A stretch of 64,000 bases of DNA from an uncultured Acidobacteriaceae bacterium (lineage in GTDB: Bacteria > Acidobacteriota > Terriglobia > Terriglobales > Acidobacteriaceae), in the NCBI GenBank assembly GCA_963771535.1, contig CAVYTK010000004.1, positions 322,950-386,949 on the forward strand, read 5' to 3'. Shown one piece after another: positions 59,241-64,000 of this stretch; within the stretch, counting starts at the first letter, position 1, and each line of letters starts with the position of its first letter. Made by a program: the position numbers and the translations under genes. The notes beneath the pieces were generated by a model. That model had not been told where the DNA came from. It was given only the letters and a program-made list of their open reading frames with translations, and did not search any database.

Positions 59241-59819
59241 CTACAGCTCGACCACGCCGCGAGTACCGAGAGCGTTGTCATCCTCGTCGCTCGGTCCTCG
59301 CGGTCCGCCTTCGCGCATCTTGGCGCTCATCTCTTCAATCACGAGTTCGATGACCATGGTGGTACGCAGATGCGCTGGCGGCGCCGGGATGTAGTCGCGT
59401 CCGGCGGTGCGGCCCGGGAAGTAGCGCAGCGTCATCTCCTCGAAAATCTGTCGCTTCTCGTCTTCATCTTGCAGCAGGCGTCCGCGTCCGAAGCACATCA
59501 CAGAACGGTAGTTGGCGGAGTGATACTTCGCATCGCGCGAATAGACCAGCCCATCGAGCTGGGTGACAGTGGCGCATGCGGGAATGCCAGCGGCCAGCGC
59601 GTCAAGCACTCGGCTCGACGGACCGCCATGCAGGAAGATGCGGTTGGGCCGCTTCGACGAATACTCGTACAACATGGGGATGACGTAGGGCCTGCCGTCG
59701 AACTCAAAGCCCACGTGGGCCACTTGTCCTGAAGCGAGAAACTCCTGCGCCCGCCCGGGAACTGCACGCTCGGGATGCTGACGGATCTTTGTCGTCCAGA
59801 TGTCTTCGTAATCGGCCAT
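59241..59819 (-). CDS. Pyridoxamine 5'-phosphate oxidase-like (FMN-binding split barrel) family protein
   Basis: Start moved to ATG 59819 (MADYEDIW, RBS GGAAGG). Motifs are AHVGFEFDGRPYVIPMLYEY, IFLHGGPSSR and ANYRSVMCFGRGRLL. The upstream part of the listed ORF lies in a repeat. Confidence 0.8.
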   Translation of the reverse strand: MADYEDIWTTKIRQHPERAVPGRAQEFLASGQVAHVGFEFDGRPYVIPMLYEYSSKRPNRIFLHGGPSSRVLDALAAGIPACATVTQLDGLVYSRDAKYHSANYRSVMCFGRGRLLQDEDEKRQIFEEMTLRYFPGRTAGRDYIPAPPAHLRTTMVIELVIEEMSAKMREGGPRGPSDEDDNALGTRGVVEL

Positions 59820-59971
59820 AGAGGACCTTCCCGGTACTAGCATGGCTGAAAAATGGCGGCGTGGGAAGAGGTCGGCGCCGTCGATCTCGCTTGCAAGTTT
59901 CTTGCGAGCGCAGTCACCGCGGCGCGAGCAGAAAGCAGGTCCTTCGCTGCGCTCAGGATGACAGGGCACGC

Positions 59972-60739
59972 TCAGGATGACACGACAAAAGAGCTGGCCG
60001 CGCGCAGTGCCACCACCTGCTCTCGCGCTGTATCACTCAACGCTTTGCGACTGTCATGGACATCCAAGGTCTCGCCGAAAACCACCTTGGCGCGAATGTT
60101 TCTCTTGCCGGTCAAGTTGAGAAACTGCGGCGCCAGCTTCATGTCGCCCCACCAGGCAACCTCGCTTTCAGTGCCATCACCAAGCGCGTAGGAAATAGCG
60201 CAAGGAGTCACCGGCACGGCAGCATCGATCGCCGGCTGGAGCATCGAGGAATGGAATCGCAGAACCTGCGAGCCGTCGGTGGTGGTGCCTTCGGGGAAGA
60301 GAACGACGGCGATGCCGGACTTTAAGTAGTCGGCAACGCGCTGGTTAGCCTCACGCAAAGCGACGCGGTCTTCACGCGGCACAAAAATCGTTCCGGAATA
60401 CTCGGCGAAGTCTCCAAAGAACGGCCAGCGGCGCACCTCAGCCTTCGATACAAAGGCGCAGGGAAGGACCGAACAGTAGACCAGGATGTCGAGATAGCTC
60501 AGGTGATTACTGGCCAGCAGTCCATTACTTGGCGGACTACCCTCAACCATTACTTGAACCTCGAGCGCGGTTAGGGAAGCGCGGCCCCAGTGCTGCAAAA
60601 GCCGCAGGCGCGTTTCGAGCGTCGCCGGCCCCGAACGTTGTTGAAGATGAAGTACTCTCGCCCGCTCGCGCAACACGACTGCGGTGAAGCGGCATAGGCG
60701 GCGGACTCGGCGCGACTGACGGCGGAAGAATTCGATCAT
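59972..60739 (-). CDS. plsC: 1-acyl-sn-glycerol-3-phosphate (lysophospholipid) acyltransferase
   Basis: The HxxxxD motif is NHLSYLDILV and block III is VVLFPEGTTTDG. Confidence 0.85.
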   Translation of the reverse strand: MIEFFRRQSRRVRRLCRFTAVVLRERARVLHLQQRSGPATLETRLRLLQHWGRASLTALEVQVMVEGSPPSNGLLASNHLSYLDILVYCSVLPCAFVSKAEVRRWPFFGDFAEYSGTIFVPREDRVALREANQRVADYLKSGIAVVLFPEGTTTDGSQVLRFHSSMLQPAIDAAVPVTPCAISYALGDGTESEVAWWGDMKLAPQFLNLTGKRNIRAKVVFGETLDVHDSRKALSDTAREQVVALRAASSFVVSS

Positions 60740-60862
60740 TCACCAGATAGCGCGCACGCGCGCCTTTGGCGAGTCTATCAGCCGAGCAGCGGGAGGAAGT
60801 CGATTGCGGGGAGTCGGCCGATCCGTCACAGCGTGACAGTTTCGTGTGCTGCAGTCACAACT

Positions 60863-62296
60863 TTACTGAGCGGCGGTCGCCTTCTCGCCTGAGGTGAATG
60901 GCACCCAGGGATTGCCCTTCATGTCTTTCAGCACCGGGCGCATCCAGTTGTATTCGGAGTGCGCGGCGAGAAACTTGTCGGCAATGAAGTCTTCGCCACA
61001 GGGATGGCCAGCGCGCGCGACGAACGACATGTTCTTCGTCATGGCGCTGTCGGTAGCCTTGCCGGTGACGGCTCCGTCAGGATAGAACGGCGTGCGGTCC
61101 CATGCGGGCATGCCGCGCGGTGAGTCCTCGAGATGGCCGCACAGCGTACGCTCGTTGGCCTGCTGTTTGTTCTGGTAGCTGTCCCAGTGATCGGCCAGGA
61201 ACTGCTGCGCCAGCACGACGTCGATCTGGCCCTTGTTCTGCGCCATCAGTTCGTCCCAGCGCTTGTGGCGCGCGTTCATGGAAGCGGAAGCATCATTGGG
61301 ATTGAAGTCGGTTTCCTTCTTGATCAGCTCGGGATCGCTGGGGAAGTTCGAGCCCACAAAGTAGCCGTCTTTGCTGCGCCACACGCGATGGATTTTGAGG
61401 CCGAGCTCGAAGCGCGCGACTTCGCCGGTCTTGTTGTCGGCCAGCAGCCAGTCGTTGGCGTAGCCGCCGTTGTTCTGCTCGAGCATGATGCGTACGAAGT
61501 CGTCGATGGAATTGGCGTATTGCATGGCCTTGCGCGCGCGCACGAATTCGGGAATGCCGTTGGGATCATAGAGCGAGAATCCGGTGATGGTGGTCTCGGT
61601 GATGACCAGTCCCGCAGCGTTGACCGTGAAGTCGTCATCGCTGACGATGATTCCGGGGAAGCCGTCCATCAGCATGCGATTGCCCTTGGCGGGGACGATG
61701 TCGAAGATGACGGTCCAGCGTGAGCCGTCGGGGAATGCGCTCCAGTTGTTGTGCGCGATGACGGGCTTGTGATCTTTGGTCCACGAACCGGTGGCGACGA
61801 ACGCGCTGCAGTGGCCGGGAGCCTTCAGAGTGGCGGCTGCCGCGCCTTTCTGCTGTCGATCGAGCGTCGGAACGTAATAGTCGGCGACTTCTTCCTTGGC
61901 ATTCAGCGCGACCACGTCCCAGAGGTCGAGCGACTCACCGCGCGCCTTCAGGCCATCGGCGATGCCCTGCAGTTCCTGGCGATACTCGGCTTCGATGTGC
62001 GGCCATAGAACGTTTTGCGCGGTGTCGCGGAAGAAGTTCCAGTCGCGCTTGGTGTCATGGGTCTGCAGGAACTGCACTGCTTTGAATCCGTCAGCGATTT
62101 CCGGGGCGAGCAGGTATCCGTGCTGAAAGCCGATGTCGGAAGGCGAGCCCTCGAGATGAACGTAGACCCAGCCAGCGCGCTCGAAGCGGTACGCGTTCTT
62201 CAGGCGAGGATCGGCGCTCGATTGAGCACAGGCAGACATCGCAACGAAGATGGCAAGACCGACGAGCAGCGCGCGTTTGATCAATTTGTCCCCCAT
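60863..62296 (-). CDS. Phospholipase B-like / Ntn-hydrolase lipoprotein
   Basis: Start moved to ATG 62296 (MGDKLIKRALLVGLAIFVAMSACAQS, lipobox). GHCSAFVATG followed by VIAHNNW resembles the autoprocessing Cys nucleophile region of phospholipase-B-like/C45 Ntn hydrolases. Confidence 0.65.
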   Translation of the reverse strand: MGDKLIKRALLVGLAIFVAMSACAQSSADPRLKNAYRFERAGWVYVHLEGSPSDIGFQHGYLLAPEIADGFKAVQFLQTHDTKRDWNFFRDTAQNVLWPHIEAEYRQELQGIADGLKARGESLDLWDVVALNAKEEVADYYVPTLDRQQKGAAAATLKAPGHCSAFVATGSWTKDHKPVIAHNNWSAFPDGSRWTVIFDIVPAKGNRMLMDGFPGIIVSDDDFTVNAAGLVITETTITGFSLYDPNGIPEFVRARKAMQYANSIDDFVRIMLEQNNGGYANDWLLADNKTGEVARFELGLKIHRVWRSKDGYFVGSNFPSDPELIKKETDFNPNDASASMNARHKRWDELMAQNKGQIDVVLAQQFLADHWDSYQNKQQANERTLCGHLEDSPRGMPAWDRTPFYPDGAVTGKATDSAMTKNMSFVARAGHPCGEDFIADKFLAAHSEYNWMRPVLKDMKGNPWVPFTSGEKATAAQ

Positions 62297-62522
62297 GGTC
62301 GTCTTTACCCTGAAAGTGGTGTGATCGAGCAGCTTACCTCGTCGCTGGGTCAGATTCAAATGCAAACGTGGGAATGGGTTGTGCGCGGTGCTGTTTACGG
62401 TTCGTTTACAAGGATGTGTGAAACTTTCGCTGGCGGCACGGGTCTGAAGGTTTAATCGCAGTTTCGAGCCGGGCCTGGCCCAGATTGCATCTAAAGAAAA
62501 CAGTGTCAATAATGAGACCATT

Positions 62523-63361
62523 TTGAAGCTGCCGCGCATCGTGCCATCCCGTGCTGTTTGGCTGTTGCTGATCGCAGTCGCGTGCTGCGCTGCCCAGGCG
62601 CACGCGAGCACTCCCGATCTTGATCGCGGATATCGCCAGATGTACAACCTGGATTTTACGGGCGCTCACGCCACCTTCCACCAGTTTCAGCAGGCGAATC
62701 CAAACGATCCCATGGGATACGTCTCTAACGCGGCTGCGTATTTGTTCTCGGAGTTCGAACGGCTGCACGTACTGGAATCGGACTTGTTCGTTGACGATAA
62801 GAGCTTCGACAGTCGTCGCAAGCTGACGCCGGACCCGGCGATCAAGGCGGAATTTGACTCGCACCTGGCGAAGGCCGAGGCGCTTGCGGACGCCGCGCTG
62901 GCAAAGAATCCGAAGGATTCGGATGCGCTGTTTGCCAAGGTACTGGCGAATGGATTACGCAGCGACTATGCAGCGCTGATCGAAAAGCGCAATGTGGCGA
63001 GCCTGGGATACATGAAGACCGTCACGCGCGCTGGCCGCAGCAACTGCTCGCCATCGACCCTACGCGTTACGATGCGTACCTATCGCTGGGGGCGGAGAAC
63101 TACCTGCTGGGAGCGAACTCTGCGCCGGTCCGCTGGATGCTGAGCCTTACCGGAGCGAAGACCGACAAGCAGCAGGGAATTGAGCAGCTGCGGATCGTGG
63201 CGGAGAAGGGCCACTACCTTGCTCCCTTCGCGCGGCTACTGCTTGCCGTTGCGGCGCTGCGCGACAAAGACAATCCCAAGGCAAAGATGCTGCTCGCCGG
63301 ACTCGCCACCGAATTTCCCGATAACAAGTTGTATTCCAAAGAGCTGTCGCGAATCCAGTAG
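62523..63361 (+). CDS. Secreted helical-repeat hypothetical protein, apparently frameshifted
   Basis: Signal peptide is MKLPRIVPSRAVWLLLIAVACCAAQAHA. After ...ASLGYMK the +1 frame continues ...HARWPQQLLAIDPTRYDAYLSLGAENYLLGANSAPVRWMLSLTGAKTDKQQGIEQLRIVAEKGHYLAPF...SRIQ*, which includes ORF 63137..63361. The break is at about 63015-63022. Confidence 0.6.
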
Positions 63362-64000
63362 TACGTTTTCGTAATTCGTCATCACGAGCGTAGCGAGGGA
63401 TCTGCTCTCGTGGCCTTTGGGCGCTCTGATGCAAACTGCATGTCGCTCGGCTCCTTCGTCGCTCGGATCACACCCGTTCCCAATTCCAGCCCAGTGCGGA
63501 AGCACTGGGTTGACCGGCGTCTCCTATAACCCCTGCGTGGCGCGTGTACCCAACGCTTCCGCGTTGGGCTGGAATTGGGCGAAGAGTTGCGACGCGAGAT
63601 CGATCTCGCGAGGAGCACTGAGTGTTGCGGATGACGAACGTCGGCAATCGCGGCACACCGCAGGTCCCTCGGGATGACACCGGTAAATTGCAGGTCCCCT
63701 CGGCTGCTATGTCGCTTGGCCATGGCACCCGTTCCCAATTCCAGCCCAGTGCGGAAGCACTGGGTTGACGGCGTCTCCGATAACCCCTGCGTGGCCCGTG
63801 TACCCAACGCTTCCGCGTTGGGCTGGAATTGGGCGAAGAGTTGCGACGCGAGATCAATCTCGCGAGGAGCACCGAGTGTCGCGGATGACGAACGGCGGCA
63901 ATCGCGGCACACGGCGCAGGTCCCTCGGCTCCGCTGCGCTACGCTCGGGATGACACGACGAAGAGTGGAGCGGCGTTCGGCACGGCTGAAGCCGTGCCCT
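63362..64000. repeat. Core repeat, 255-bp tandem duplication of a long-hairpin element, and a terminal UGAA hairpin
   Basis: The core tcgtcatcacgagcgtagcgagggatctgctct lies at 63377-63409. The two duplicated units span 63471-63690 and 63726-63945 and are near-identical. ggcacggctgaagccgtgcc lies at 63979-63998. Confidence 0.85.

Noticed and set aside
63382-63912. 176-aa and 134-aa minus-strand ORFs in the terminal repeat block
   Set aside because: They read straight through two copies of a 255-bp hairpin-rich tandem repeat, so their sequence is internally duplicated. There is no RBS and the composition is Arg/Ser-rich.

Overview
About 64 kb of high-GC chromosomal DNA (roughly 60-63% by eye). 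It is most consistent with an Acidobacteriota (Terriglobia-like) genome. The evidence is an ADOP-type duplicated MacB/FtsX orphan permease, two giant Ser/Thr-kinase fusions (wHTH-STK-TPR and STK-TolB-like propeller), many secreted or lipoprotein hydrolases, and dense modular intergenic repeats. I support about 45 protein genes. I found no rRNA, tRNA, CRISPR array, transposase or integrase. The main findings are: (1) A minus-strand four-gene RiPP-type operon at 51.4-54.2 kb. It encodes a Sec-signal 6-Cys precursor peptide, a DUF692 (MNIO-type iron oxidase), a DUF2063 partner and a DoxX membrane protein, which is the bufferin/gig-like periplasmic metallophore architecture. The precursor has an unusual duplicated CKGxNSCKGKGGC core. 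(2) A nine-heme c-type cytochrome, a secreted beta-propeller and a multicopper oxidase lie together at 41-46 kb. (3) There are at least 18 apparent reading-frame breaks in about 14 otherwise recognisable genes. Several sit at short homopolymers, so the sequence is either indel-error-prone or the lineage is decaying. (4) The non-coding repeat repertoire is very rich. It includes heptanucleotide CTAG-containing arrays that start at or on stop codons and place stops in all six frames. It also includes a composite roughly 100-bp element whose hairpin is perfect on only one strand (G-U wobbles), UGAA-tetraloop hairpins with compensatory stem changes, a 10-unit 20-21 bp minisatellite, and a 255-bp tandem duplication of a long-hairpin element. 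All functional calls rest on motif recognition in the translated ORFs. No database search was run.
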